Assembly: GCA_030390025.1 (NCBI GenBank)
Contig: JASTWF010000093.1
Coordinates: forward strand, 1,054,001 to 1,118,000
Length of the DNA: 64,000 bases
Origin: Squalus acanthias
Lineage: Eukaryota
Direction of reading: 5' to 3'
Of this stretch, positions 1 through 11,070 are shown piece after piece. Position numbers and translations under genes: made by a program. The notes under the pieces were generated by a model. The model searched no databases, was not told where the DNA came from, and saw only the letters and a list, made by a program, of their open reading frames with translations. The first letter of the stretch is position 1. Every line of letters starts with the position of its first letter.

Positions 1-27
1 AGCTTGGTCAAAGAGGTAGGTTTTAAA

Positions 28-498
28 GAAAGAAAAACTTGCATTTATATCGCACCTTTCACAACCACCAGACATCCCAAAGCGCTTTACAGCCAATGAA
101 GTACTTTTTGAAGTGGAGTCACTGTGGCAATGTGGGAAAAACGGCAGCCAATTTGCGCACAGCAAGCTCCCACAAACAGCAATGTGAAAATGAACAGATA
201 ATCTGTTTTTTTTTAAAGTGATGCCGGTCGAGGGATATATATTTGCCCAGGACACCAGGGAGAACTCCACAACCTTCTTCGAAATATTGCCATGGGATCT
301 TTTACATCCACAGGAGAAAGCAGACGGGACCTCAGTTTAACGTCTCACGCAAAAGACAGCACCTCCAACAGTGCAGCACTCCCTCAGCACTGCACTGGAG
401 CGTCAGCCTAGATTTATGTGCTCAAGTCCCTGGAATGGGACTATGAACCCACAACCTTCTGACTCAGAGGTGAGTGTGCTGCCCACTGAGCCACAGCT
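28..498 (-). mobile_element. Deu-domain tRNA SINE (SacSINE1-like)
   Basis: On -: tRNA-like head TGTGGCTCAGTGGGCAGCAC...GTGGGTTC, Deu core GGATGTAAAAGATCCCATGGCA...TCACATTGCTGTTTGTGGGAGCTTGCTGTGC, tail ATAAATGCAAG; many copies in window. Confidence 0.8.
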
Positions 499-504
499 GA
501 CACT

Positions 505-1000
505 CTCTTTAAGAAGTGTCTTAAAGGAGGAAAGAGAGGTGGAGAGGCAGGGAGGTTTTTGGGAGGGAATTCCAGAGCTTAGGACCTCGGGAACAGAAGG
601 CACGGCCACCAATGGTGGAGCGATTATAATCAGGGATGCTCAAGAGAGCAGAATTAGAAGAGCGCAGATATCTTGAGTGATTGTGGGGCTGAAGGAGATT
701 ACAGAGATAGGGAGGGGCGAAGCCATGGAGGAATTTGAAAACAAGGATGAGAATTTTGAAATTGAAGCGTTGCTTAACCGGGAGCCAGTGTTGGTCAGCG
801 ATGTAGGAAGAGGGCGAAGAGGCAACACTTTGGGATGGAGAAATGTGAAGGACGAAGCAATCAGGCGAGACGGCAGTTGGAGTCGGAGAGAGAGGGAGGA
901 GTTGACGGTTAGTGTTGGGAGGAGGTGCCAGGAAGCAGCATCAGGGACCAGGTGGATTTTGGGGTTGGGGGAGAGGTGGTAGGAGGTGCCAGTCAGGCAG
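505..1000 (-). mobile_element. Decayed L2-like LINE 3' fragment
   Basis: GCTTCGCCCCTCCCTATCTCTGTAATCTCCT...TAAGCTCTGGAATTCCCTCCC motifs typical of L2 3' region; inverted paralog at 26750-27250. Confidence 0.55.
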
Positions 1001-1074
1001 CAGAAAAACAATTTAAAAAATACAACTTCCTGGGAGGGAGAGAGCAACTTCCGAACGGACCTGAGTGACTCAGT

Positions 1075-2764
1075 TGTAAGGGTTTGCGAGCGTGTCTCTC
1101 CGCCTGTGAGATTCGCGTGGCTCTGTGCAGCCTGTATGTCAGTGCGGGTTTAGGCCTTGTTGCCTGTTCTGGTCTCCAGCCAGTCTGGGAACACTAGACA
1201 CACCTGTGAGTGGCTCGAACCACTCGCCCTTACGGTTCTAGACACTGGACTTAGATGCGAGAGCAGTAATGGAGATGAAACTCATGTAGACTCGTTTGAA
1301 TGGTACGAAATGGAAAATCTTTATTGCATGATATTTAAGATTACGAAATACATGTCATAAGCACAGATTAATGACAGTACAATCTTACACGCCGTTATGT
1401 AACTAATTCTAGGGAAACGAGGAACGAACGACACACCGTAAATGGGGGCACACATTACAATTATCCTTAGTACTTAAACCCTCCCCTATCAATATCTGTC
1501 CTAGCTAGATTCGTAGGATTCGAGACTCATGCTCACCACTCGTGATAACTCGGAGAAATTCCGAATAGCTGATCGGATGTTTTCACCGCAGCACCCACGT
1601 GTCGATCAGGGGGTCTCCTGGCCCCACTTGTTTACTTGCTTCTGCTCCGGCTAGCAGGCTGGAACGTCTGTTGTTATGAAGATCTGTGTTTGTGGGTTTC
1701 ACGTACCAGTCAACACTTAAGAGAATAATCTCTCGGTGTCCGTCATGAGGATCTGCCCTGATGGGTTTCACAGACCAGTCAATACCTCAAAGAAGAATCT
1801 TCCGGGGTCCGTTCTTTAAAGTTCAAAGAAGTCTTCCTGGCAAGGAAAAATGTCTATTCGACCTACAGGCGCGGTCGGGGCTTACTGACCGTGGCGATAA
1901 GTATGGTCTTCGTCTCTTCTCATCTCATCTCATCTCTTCTCGGGCCTTTGGTTCCGATGCCGGTTACCAACACAGGTCTTCGTGACACGACACGAGGTAG
2001 ATCAGAACGGATCACAAAGTTCAACAGTCTTTTAAAAGAGACACCAGGCAAACAGGAACAAGACGGCGAGTCAAGAACACAGGAGCAGCCACGAGGATGA
2101 ACACCAGCAAGATAAGAGGATAAGAGCATAAGAGAGAGATGGACGGTTGGAGCTTGTAATTATAGTACAAAATCTTCCGTTTCCCGCCCAACCTTAATGT
2201 CTTTTCTTTTGTTAGGGTTTGGCGCTCAAATGTCTTGTATAGGTGATCTCCGTTTTTAATGGGTTTCGGGGCTACTCGTAAATGTCTGAGTACCTGTTAA
2301 TATTTCTCCTATTGTTTAATCGGTCGGTAGTCTCCCTGGAGGGGTTTTGGGGCCTCCAAGTGTTTTCTGTAACTACCCGCTAACGGCTCTCTCATCGTAG
2401 AGTCGTTGGGATTTTACATATTAATGTCTTTGGATGGGTTCTTGATTACTGGGTACAATAGCCTTTATTCGTACCTGGGAGACCGATTCCAGTATCTATG
2501 TGTATACTGCAAACCCAAGATGTCTCGTGTATTATCTTCGATGTGCTGAATCTTAATCGATCTTGCACAAATGTTTATTGGAACGCCATCTTGTCTGCCT
2601 GTCGAAAAGTCTAGAATGTTCCGCCACGAGGTGCGGCGGCCATTTTACAAGCTGCTTGTGTCCACTTTGAAACCTGACAGCATTCTGCTGAAATAAAAGC
2701 TGTTTGAACGAAACTATGTGTTTTCTCCTTATTAATAAAATCGCGATATATTGCGAATTCTACA
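1075..2764 (-). mobile_element. Solo LTR, 1.69 kb
   Basis: TGTAAG...TTCTACA termini; 4-bp TSD CAGT (1071-1074, 2765-2768); empty site in paralog at about 26680-26695; AATAAA on - near 1320 suggests minus orientation. Confidence 0.85.
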
Positions 2765-2909
2765 CAGTTCAGAGGACGACTTTGGGAGTGAGACACATGG
2801 CAAGAATCAGCCAGTCTGTCGGCGGGAAAGAGAAAAATATGATTTTAAAAAAGCAAGTTTAACTGTGACAGAAAGTCATTACAGACAGGACAGAAATGGA
2901 AAAAATAGA

Positions 2910-3232
2910 AAAAGAAAGACTCGCATTTCTACAGTGTCTTTCACGACCACCTAACGTCCCAAAGCACTTTACAGCCAATGAAGTACTTTTTGAAGTGTAG
3001 TCACTGTTGTAGTGTGGGAAATGCGGCAGCCAATTTGCACACAGCAAGCTCCCACAAACAGCAATGTGATAATGACAAGATAATCTGTTTTTTAGTGATG
3101 TTGATTGAGGGATAAACATTTGCCAAGACACCGGGGATAACTCCCTTGCTCTTCTTCGAAATAGTGCCGTGGGATCTTTTACATCCACCTGAGAGAGCAG
3201 ACGGGGCCTCGGTTTAACGTCTCATCCGAAAG
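2910..3232 (-). mobile_element. 5'-truncated SacSINE1-like Deu-SINE
   Basis: Deu core and tail, no tRNA head. Confidence 0.75.
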
Positions 3233-4329
3233 TGACCGGAAAATGTCCTGCGAAGTCAATGTTACATTTACAAGAAACATGTCACATGACTTTTAGTAAG
3301 CTCAGGATCAAAAAGAGTGAGACCGCTTGTAAACCCAATTAAACTTGTGGGGCTGTCTGTATTCTTAAGAATGAGATGAAGTAGAGTCTGTATTTGAAAG
3401 GGGTGAAACATGAGATAGAAATGGAATGCATTCCAGGGAGCAGCAGATTGCACAACATAAGACATTTGTATCACGATCATCGTAAACCGTGCCTTTGGTG
3501 TTTGTTGGTTTTCTTTGATTTTGTATAACCCACTGGCCTTTGAAATGTAATATAGACGTATACCGATTGTTGATTCTCACTCAGTACTTGCAGTGTTTAA
3601 TCCTTCAGGGAAGAAACTCTCAGCAATGCAGCGTGGAGGGTACATCAGTGTTTTCATCTGTTGGCAAAGAAGTGGACGCTCAAAGAAATAAAAGCACCCC
3701 CTTGAAGTCTGCAGTTCAAATATCACAAAACATACTGGTACATAGGAACGATTTGAAGGCTGAAAGTCATCTCAGAGTTATACACCACTCAAGCTTCACT
3801 CTGGGAGTTTATGACATCATCTGAACCCCTCTATGAGTTTACTGCCATGTAATTACTTCCAGCTCTCCACTACCTAACATGTGCTGGACACAGGACCTCC
3901 CCAGTGCCTCAGTCTCCAAGCACTTTTTGTAGCGCTGAGCTGTGCAAATTAAAGAAGCCCCCAGGGTTGATGGTTTTGAGGTCCTTGCTGAAACAGTCAA
4001 CAGGAATGGATGCAACTGACCTCAGCTTCCTGGGCAATCGGAGCAAAAGAGAAACATCCGAGATTCCCATTCCTGATCCCTCCTGCAGTGCGTGCAGATG
4101 CCCGATAAGGGTAGCGTTGGGCTTACCCCGCAGTCGAATAGTTTACCGACACGTGCTGCACAAAAAGAATAGGCACTTGGACAACAACAACCTGCATTTC
4201 TGTAGTGCCCCTCACATACAGGGTCGGCCGTGGCTCAGTGGGTAGCACTCTTGTGTCTGGGTCAGAAGGTTGTGGGTTCCAAGTCCCTCTCGAGACTTGA
4301 GCACAAAAACTTAGGCTGATGCTTTGATG

Positions 4330-4935
4330 CTGCACTGACACTGCCTTCATTTGGAAACCTTTTTAGCTGATTGCTTGTGCGCGCTCCCTCCCTCTTTCCC
4401 TCTCGCTCTCTCACGCGCTCGCTCTCTTTCCTCGGCTCATTTCCTTGTAGCACGTTCTGCTGCTGGGTCGGCCTGCTGGCCAAATTGGGGCCACGCGGGC
4501 GGCTTTTATCAATGTGCAGAAAGGCCCACATCTTGTTCTGGTCTGAATTGGGCAAAGGCGTCTTGAATTGGGTTGTGGGCTTGAGCCTGTTTTAAGCAGC
4601 CGGGCCTGGGAGAGGAGAAAAAGCTGCTCCCTAATTGTGTGTATTTTGAGGCAGGAAGGAGCAGCGTTTTTACAGCAGTGAGTGAGTGGGTGAGCGAGGT
4701 AAGGAAGGGTGGAGCTAATGGAGTTTTGAAGGTTGAGGCAAGGGGAAGGCAATGAAGGGTAGGGCTTGTAGTTTGTGTGTGTGGGGAAGCCTGAGTATCA
4801 AGAGAGCAAGGTGGGGAAGGTGGGAAAGGAATATAAAAGGAAACACAAGCTAGACGACAGGACTGCAAGTGTTTGGGTAAAGGGAAAGCCAATCAACAGA
4901 TGCCTACCCTACTACTCTGAAAACACCCGATCGTG
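4330..4935 (+). pseudogene. 5S rDNA orphon: non-transcribed spacer plus 5' stub of 5S rRNA
   Basis: 4330-4470 resembles the spacer after the 5S fragment at 8590-8700 (ACACTGCCTTCA...CCTTTTT...CT-rich); 4901-4931 GCCTACCCTACTACTCTGAAAACACCCGATC resembles the 5S 5' end. Inverted copies at about 24050-24655 and 53800-54405. Confidence 0.6.
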
Positions 4936-4967
4936 CCATGAAGGAAAGCTCTGTTTTATAAGGGTAG

Positions 4968-7538
4968 TAATACAGAGGTTGGGGATGGCATTAAATGGGA
5001 AATTAGAGAAGCGTGCAATAAGAGCACAGCAGTTATTATGGGCGACTTTAATCTACATATAGATTGGGCTAACCAAATTAGTAACAATACTGTGGAGGAG
5101 GAATTCCTGGAGTGTATACGGGATGGTTTCCTGGACCAATATGTCGAGGACCCAACTAGAGATCAGGCCATCTTAGACTGGGTATTATGTAATGAGAAAG
5201 GATTAATTAGTAATCTTGTTGTGCGAGGCCCCTTGGGTCGGAGGGATCATAATATGATCGAATTCTTCATTAAGATGGAGAGTGAAGTAGTTGACTTAGA
5301 GACTAGGGTCCTGAATTTAAATAAAGGAAACTGCAATGGTATGAGGCGCGAGTTGGGTAGGATTGATTGGGGAATGTCACTCAAAGGGTTGACGGTGGAG
5401 AGGCAATGGCAAGCATTCAAAGATCGCATGAATGAACTACAGAATTTGTTCATCCCAGTTTGGCATAAAAATAAAACAAAAAAGGTGACTCAACCGTGGC
5501 TAACAAAGGAAATTAGGGATAGCATAAGATCCAAGGAAAGGACATATAAATTGGCCAGAAAAAGCAGAAAACCTGAGGATTGGGAGCAGTATAGGATTCA
5601 GCAAAGAAGGACAAAGGGATTAATTAAGAGGGGGAAAATAGAGTATGAGAGTAAGCTTGCGAGGAACATAAAAACTGACTGTAAAAGCTTTTATAGATAT
5701 GTGAAGAGAAAAAGATTGGTGAAGTCAAGCGTAGGTCCCTTGCAGTCAGAATCAGGGGAATTTATAATGGGGAACAAAGAAATGACAGTCCAATTAAATA
5801 CATACTTTGGTTCTGTCTTCACAAAGGAGGACACAAATAACCTCCCAGAGATGTCGGGGAACATAGGGTCTAATGAGAAGGAGGAACTGAAAGAAATCAG
5901 TATTTGTAGGGAAATAGTGTTAGGGAAATTGACGGGATTGAAGGCCGATAAATCCCCAGGGCCTGATAATCTACATCCTAGGGTACTTAAGGAAGTGGCC
6001 CTAGAAATAGTAGATGCATTGCTGGTCATCTTCCAAAATTCTATAGACTCTGGAACAGTACCCATGGATTGGAGGGTAGCTAATGTTACCCCACTATTCA
6101 AAAAAGGTGGTAGAGAGAAAACGGGGAATGAAAGACCAGTAAGCCTGACATCGGTAGTGGGGAAAATGCTAGAGTCCATTATAAAAGATGTAATAGCAGA
6201 GCACTTGGAAAACAGTGACAGGATCGGACAAAGTCAACATGGATTTACAAAAGGCAAATCGTGCTTGACTAATCTACTGGAATTTTTTGAGGATGTAACT
6301 GGTAAAATGGATAAGGGAGAACCAGTGGATGTGGTGTATTTGGACTTTCAGAAGGCTTTCGATAAGGTCCCGCATAAGAGATTAGTGTGTAAAGTTAAAG
6401 CACATGGGATTGGGGGCAAGGTATTGACTTGGATAGAGAACTGGTTGGCAGACAGAAAGCAAAGAGTTGGAATAAATGGGTCTTTTTCCGAGTGGCAGGC
6501 AGTGACTAGTGGGGTACCGCAGGGATCGGTCCTAGGACCCCAGCTATTCACAATATATATTAATGATCTGGACGATGGAATTGGATGTAATATCTCCAAG
6601 TTTGCAGACGACACAAAGCTGGGTGGGAGTGTGTGCCGTGAGGAGGATGCCGAGAAACTCCAGTATGATTTGGACAGGTTGGGGGATTGGGCAGAAGCAT
6701 GGCAGATGCAATATAATGTGGATAAATGCGAGGTTATCCACTTTGGTGTCAAAAACAGGAAGGAAGATTATTATCTGAATGGCAATAGATTGGGAAAAGG
6801 GGAAGTGCAACGAGACCTGGGTGTCCTTGTGCACCAATCGCTGAAGGTAAGCATGCAGGTGCAGCAGGCGGTTAAGAAGGCAAATGGTATGTTGGCCTTC
6901 GTAGCGAAAGGGATCGAGTACAGGAACAAGGATGTCTTGCTGCAGTTGTACAGGGCCTTGGTGAGACCACACCTTGAGTATTGTGTGCAGTTTTGGTCGC
7001 CTTATCTGAGGAAGGATGTTCTTGCCATGGAGGGAGTGCAGCGAAGATTCACCAGGCTGATACCCGGGATGGCAGGAATGGCATATGAGGAGAGATTGGG
7101 TCGATTGGGCTTATACTCACTGGAGTTTAGAAGAATGAGAGGGGATCTCATTGAAACTTATAAAATTCTAACAGGACTAGACAGATTAGATGCAGGAAGG
7201 ATGTTCCCGATGGCCGGGGAGTCCAGAACCAGGGGTCACAGTCTAAGGATAAGGGGTAAGCCATTTAGGACTGAGATGAGGAGGAATTTCTTCACCCAGA
7301 GAGTGGTAAACCTGTGGAATTCTCTACCACAGAAGGCAGTAGAGGCCAATTCATTAAATATATTCAAGAAGGAGTTAGATATATTTCTTAAAACTAAAGG
7401 GATCAAGGGATATGGAGAGAAGGCAGGGACAGGGTACTGAATTTGGATGATCAGCCATGATCTCATTGAATGGCGGAGCAGGCTCGAGGGGCTGAATGGC
7501 CTACTCCTGTTCCTATCTTCTATGTTTCTATGTTTCTA
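4968..7538 (+). mobile_element. CR1 (HER1-like) LINE, 5'-truncated
   Basis: ORF2 plus 3' UTR ending in (TTCTATGT)n; absent from paralogous sites at about 24015 and 53765. Confidence 0.95.
5038..7440 (+). CDS. CR1 ORF2 (C-terminal APE endonuclease part + reverse transcriptase), uninterrupted 800 aa
   Basis: GDFN, KSPGPD, YLDFQKAFDKVPH, GVPQGSVLGP, KFADD, YRALVRPHLEY motifs. Confidence 0.9.
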   Translation: MGDFNLHIDWANQISNNTVEEEFLECIRDGFLDQYVEDPTRDQAILDWVLCNEKGLISNLVVRGPLGRRDHNMIEFFIKMESEVVDLETRVLNLNKGNCNGMRRELGRIDWGMSLKGLTVERQWQAFKDRMNELQNLFIPVWHKNKTKKVTQPWLTKEIRDSIRSKERTYKLARKSRKPEDWEQYRIQQRRTKGLIKRGKIEYESKLARNIKTDCKSFYRYVKRKRLVKSSVGPLQSESGEFIMGNKEMTVQLNTYFGSVFTKEDTNNLPEMSGNIGSNEKEELKEISICREIVLGKLTGLKADKSPGPDNLHPRVLKEVALEIVDALLVIFQNSIDSGTVPMDWRVANVTPLFKKGGREKTGNERPVSLTSVVGKMLESIIKDVIAEHLENSDRIGQSQHGFTKGKSCLTNLLEFFEDVTGKMDKGEPVDVVYLDFQKAFDKVPHKRLVCKVKAHGIGGKVLTWIENWLADRKQRVGINGSFSEWQAVTSGVPQGSVLGPQLFTIYINDLDDGIGCNISKFADDTKLGGSVCREEDAEKLQYDLDRLGDWAEAWQMQYNVDKCEVIHFGVKNRKEDYYLNGNRLGKGEVQRDLGVLVHQSLKVSMQVQQAVKKANGMLAFVAKGIEYRNKDVLLQLYRALVRPHLEYCVQFWSPYLRKDVLAMEGVQRRFTRLIPGMAGMAYEERLGRLGLYSLEFRRMRGDLIETYKILTGLDRLDAGRMFPMAGESRTRGHSLRIRGKPFRTEMRRNFFTQRVVNLWNSLPQKAVEANSLNIFKKELDIFLKTKGIKGYGEKAGTGY

Positions 7539-7740
7539 TAAATCTGAAAGAGTATTTTAAATATAGACTAAAAGAGCATTATGAGGCTTTGTGGTTCCAT
7601 TATTCTGAAAGGAATTTAAGGATGGTATTTTTTAATCAGTACTTGAAGTTCAATAGATTAATACATGTCGTAGGAGGCGAATTGAACTTTAATTTTTGAA
7701 GCTAATTATGATACAAAGGAATGATCACAATATTGTAACT

Positions 7741-8420
7741 GGCCCAACTTTTTTGGTAAGAATAAAAATGAGGTTGTCAGCGCTCACCGTTATAGAGTAA
7801 ATTGGACAGCAACTTCCAGCCTCCGCACATGTGCAATTAAACACCTCACTGCGAGATTCGGCATTCAAACACGTGAATGGCGTGAAGTTGCAATACTTAC
7901 CCACTAAATACACCAGAAAGTGTTAGGGCTGGTGCATTCAGGTGTAAGTGAATTTTTAACAGCGTAATAAGTCTTAATTACTGCCAAACAACCATTCTGC
8001 CCCATAAAATTTATGTTTACAAGTGTGGAGTCTCATTCCTTCTGATTTTAATTATTGTTGGAGATTTTTTAAAAATTCAAATTTTTAAAACTTTTTCTTT
8101 CTGTCTCTTTTATCTCTCTCTTAATCCCATCTTTTTTTCCCTCTCTTTATTTTGCTTGCTGTGCATAATTTTACATTGAATTAAATATTCTAACTTACAC
8201 TTCTTGGTTTAGACTCGGCCTGAGAATTCTTCAATCTGATTGGTTGAGGAGACACGTTGTTGCTTGCTCTGTTCACACACGCCCCAGATCTCCTGTAGAG
8301 GGCGTCGTGCTGTTTCAGACACCCGATGACCGTAGGTTGCCACTCAAAAGTCTGTCGGTAGCTGCAAGCATAATGAACGGTGAACGCTGCTCTTTTGCCG
8401 CTGAGAGCAAAATCCGCGCC
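7741..8420. mobile_element. Harbinger-like MITE (decayed)
   Basis: Degenerate TIRs GGCCCAACTTTT / AAAATCCGCGCC; related to 17977-18375; inverted paralog at 47575-48312. Confidence 0.5.
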
Positions 8421-8470
8421 AATGTGTTTAACGTTGGTTTAATTTAATAAATAAATATTTTTTAAAAACA

Positions 8471-8559
8471 ATGCCCAATCTCCGATGCTAGGCAGAGGCG
8501 GGCCTGGGTTAGTACCTACTTGGGAGACCTCCTGGGAATACCAGGTGCAGTAGGCTTTT
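8471..8559 (+). pseudogene. 5S rRNA pseudogene (3' about three quarters) followed by spacer to about 8700
   Basis: GGGCCTGGGTTAGTAC...TGGGAGACCTCCTGGGAATACCAGGTGCAGTAGGCTTTT: 5S internal control region and oligo-T terminator. Confidence 0.9.
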
Positions 8560-8702
8560 CTTGCCAGCAGAGGCTGCTCTCAGCTCTGTACATTCACACT
8601 GCCTTCAATCACCAGCCTTTTTGCTGCTCGCTCCTGCACTCACTCTCTCTTTCTCGCTCTCTTTCTCCTTCCTTTGCTGCATATCCTGTTGCTGGCAGAC
8701 AT

Positions 8703-10125
8703 AGGGAAGGGGGCTGAGATAGAGTGGCATCATCAGAACAGATGCGGCGGAGATGGAGAAACTGGGAGAATGGAATAGAATCCTTACAGGAAGCGGGGAG
8801 ACTCAGTGGGTTTGTAGTGGATGTTGGTCAATAGCCTATCCCCAGAAATGGAGACAGAGAAGTCGAGGAAGGGAAAGGAAGATTCGTAGATGGACCATGT
8901 GAAGGTGAGGGAAGGGTGGAAATTGGAAGCAATGTGAATGAAATTTTCCAGTTCAGGGCGAGAGCAGGAAACGGCACCAATACAGTCATCTGTTCTGACG
9001 ATGCCACCTTCCATACTAGTGCATCCGATATGTCTTCCTTTTTCCTCAATCGAGGATTCACCTCTACCGTGGTTGACATGGCCCTTGACCGTGTCTGTTC
9101 CATTTCCCGCACTTCTGCTCTCACCCCTTCCCCTCCCTCCCAGAACCACGATAGGGTTCCCCTTGTCCTCACCTTTCACCCCACCAGCCTCCACATTCAA
9201 CGGGTCATCCTGCACCATTTCCACCACCTCCAGCGTGATCCCACCACCAAACACAGCTTCCCCTTCCCCCCCCCCTTTCATCATTCTGACGGGACCACTC
9301 CCTCTGTGACACCCTGGTCCACTCCTCTGTCACCCCCAACACCCCTTCCCGTGGCACCTTCCCGTGCAAGCGCAGGAGATGCAACACCTGCCCTTTTACC
9401 TCCTCCCTTCACACCGTCCAGGTCCCCAAACACTCCTTCCAGGTGAAGAAGCAATTTACTTGTACTTCTTACAATTTAGTATACTGTATTCGCTGCTCAC
9501 GATGCGGTCTCCTCTACATTGGGGAGACCAAACGAAGATTGGGTGAGCTTCCGGTCACCTGTTACTTTAATTCTCTGCCCCACTCCCACTCTGATCTCTC
9601 CAGCCTCGGCCTCTTACACTGTTCCAACGAAGCTCAACGTAAGCTTGAGGAACAGCACCTCATCTTTCGATTAGGCACTTTACAGCCTTCTGGACTCAAC
9701 ATCGAGTTCAACAATTTCAGACTATAACCTCGACCCCTATATTTTTTCCCCCTTTTTTCTCACATGGTAGCTGTTGATGATTCTACCATCGCCATTTACA
9801 CCTCATCTAGAGTCATCTTTTGTTTCTTAACTTGTCCCATTACCTTCTCCTTTTGTCTTGCACCATCATCCCTTTTGTCAGTCAATCTCTCCTGCCTTCC
9901 AGCCTATCACAGTCCCTCCCTTTGTTCTTTCCTCCCCTCCTCCCTTTCCCTGCCCCTGCTTAAAAATCTGTTACGTCTGTAACCTTTTCCAGTTCTGACG
10001 AAGGGTCCTCGACCCGAAACATTAACTCTGTTTCTCTCTCCTCGATGCTGCCTGACCTGCTGAGTGTTTCCAGCATTTTCTGTTGTTATTTCAGATTGCC
10101 AGCATCCTCAGTATTTTGCTATTGG
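8703..10125 (+). mobile_element. Penelope-like element (family 1), rearranged, with inverted 5' segment
   Basis: GIY-YIG FTCTSYNLVYCIRCSRCGLLYIGETKR...QPSGLN (9443-9727), DRVPLVLTFHP; inverted RT fragment at 8720-8990; pLTR tail with hammerhead. Confidence 0.9.
9995..10040 (+). ncRNA. Minimal type I hammerhead ribozyme motif (Penelope pLTR)
   Basis: CTGACGA-AGGGTC-CTC-GACCC-GAAAC. Confidence 0.75.
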
Positions 10126-10149
10126 ACTGTGTTAAGCCCGGCCGACACT

Positions 10150-11066
10150 TCAAAAGGCTTTTGATAATTAAACTCAAGGCTGAGGGGGTTCAGGGTAAAC
10201 TTTGAGAATGGAGAAGTAACTGGCTGAAGGATAGGAAACAGTAAGTGTTCATCAGAGGAGTTGGTAAATGACCTGGATTCAGAAACTCAATGCAAAGTGG
10301 TCAGATTTATGGGTGATACCAAACTAGGAGAAGCAGTGGATTTGGAAGAGGCAGCTTAGAAATTACAGGGCGAGATGGACAACATATGCAAGTGGGCAGA
10401 GCAATGGCAGATGAAATATAATGCAGACAAATGCTACACACAGGAAGGAAAGATAGACAACATGTATAGTGCATGAATGGTGTTGAAATTGCTAAGAATG
10501 AAACTGAAAGAGAACATGGAGTCTTGCTAGACTCTACGATAAATATGGCCAACCAAGGCAGAGCGGTTAGCAGCAAAGCCGACACAATGTTGAATTATAC
10601 AGCCCAAAAATGGTAGAATATAATGAAGAGGAATGAGCGATCAAAATTTATAGTGTCTTTGTTCACCCAAACCTTGAATACTACATCCCATTCTGGTCAC
10701 CCAGAAGCAAGAGACAGCCAAATGCTGAAGGCGGTGCAGAGAAGAGCCACAAGACTGATTCTGAGGTGTCAGGGCTTTGAACTGAGGGTAAAGACTGGGT
10801 TTTTTCCCCACCTAGAAAGTGGCAGCTGAAAGATCATTTTAGAGGCATATAGATTGCTACGGGTATAGAAAAATTTAACCCAGAATGTGACTTTAAATTA
10901 AGTTGCCGAAGTAGATCTAGAGGACACAGGTTCAGGCTAGTAAAAGGTAGTTTTAGGACAAGTATTAGGAAATTCATCTTCATTGTGATCAACATGTGGA
11001 ATAAACTTCCAGAGAAAGTGAAGGTAAAAATCCTAGAATCGCTTAAAACAATTGGATGGTACAATG
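10150..11066 (+). mobile_element. Old CR1-like LINE 3' fragment
   Basis: Decayed RT C-terminus (AVQRRATRLI; TRGH-like AGAGGACACAGG); inverted paralog at 45130-46130. Confidence 0.65.
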
Positions 11067-11070
11067 GGAG

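Noticed and set aside
3904-4245. 113-aa ORF with RSKR furin-like motif, present in all three copies (truncated in one)
   Set aside because: GTG start, overlap with decayed SINE sequence, and a frameshift in copy C; conservation is explained by recent duplication.
4262-4892. Overlapping ORFs of 70-127 aa repeated at 24.1-24.8 kb and 53.8-54.4 kb
   Set aside because: They lie in 5S spacer-derived low-complexity DNA and show no protein motifs.
5247-7466. Antisense ORFs over CR1 ORF2, and equivalents over other LINEs
   Set aside because: Shadow ORFs of retrotransposon coding sequence.
8471-8559. Functional 5S rRNA gene or 5S-headed SINE
   Set aside because: The 5' end is missing and there are internal indels; it is followed by terminator and spacer, not a SINE body.
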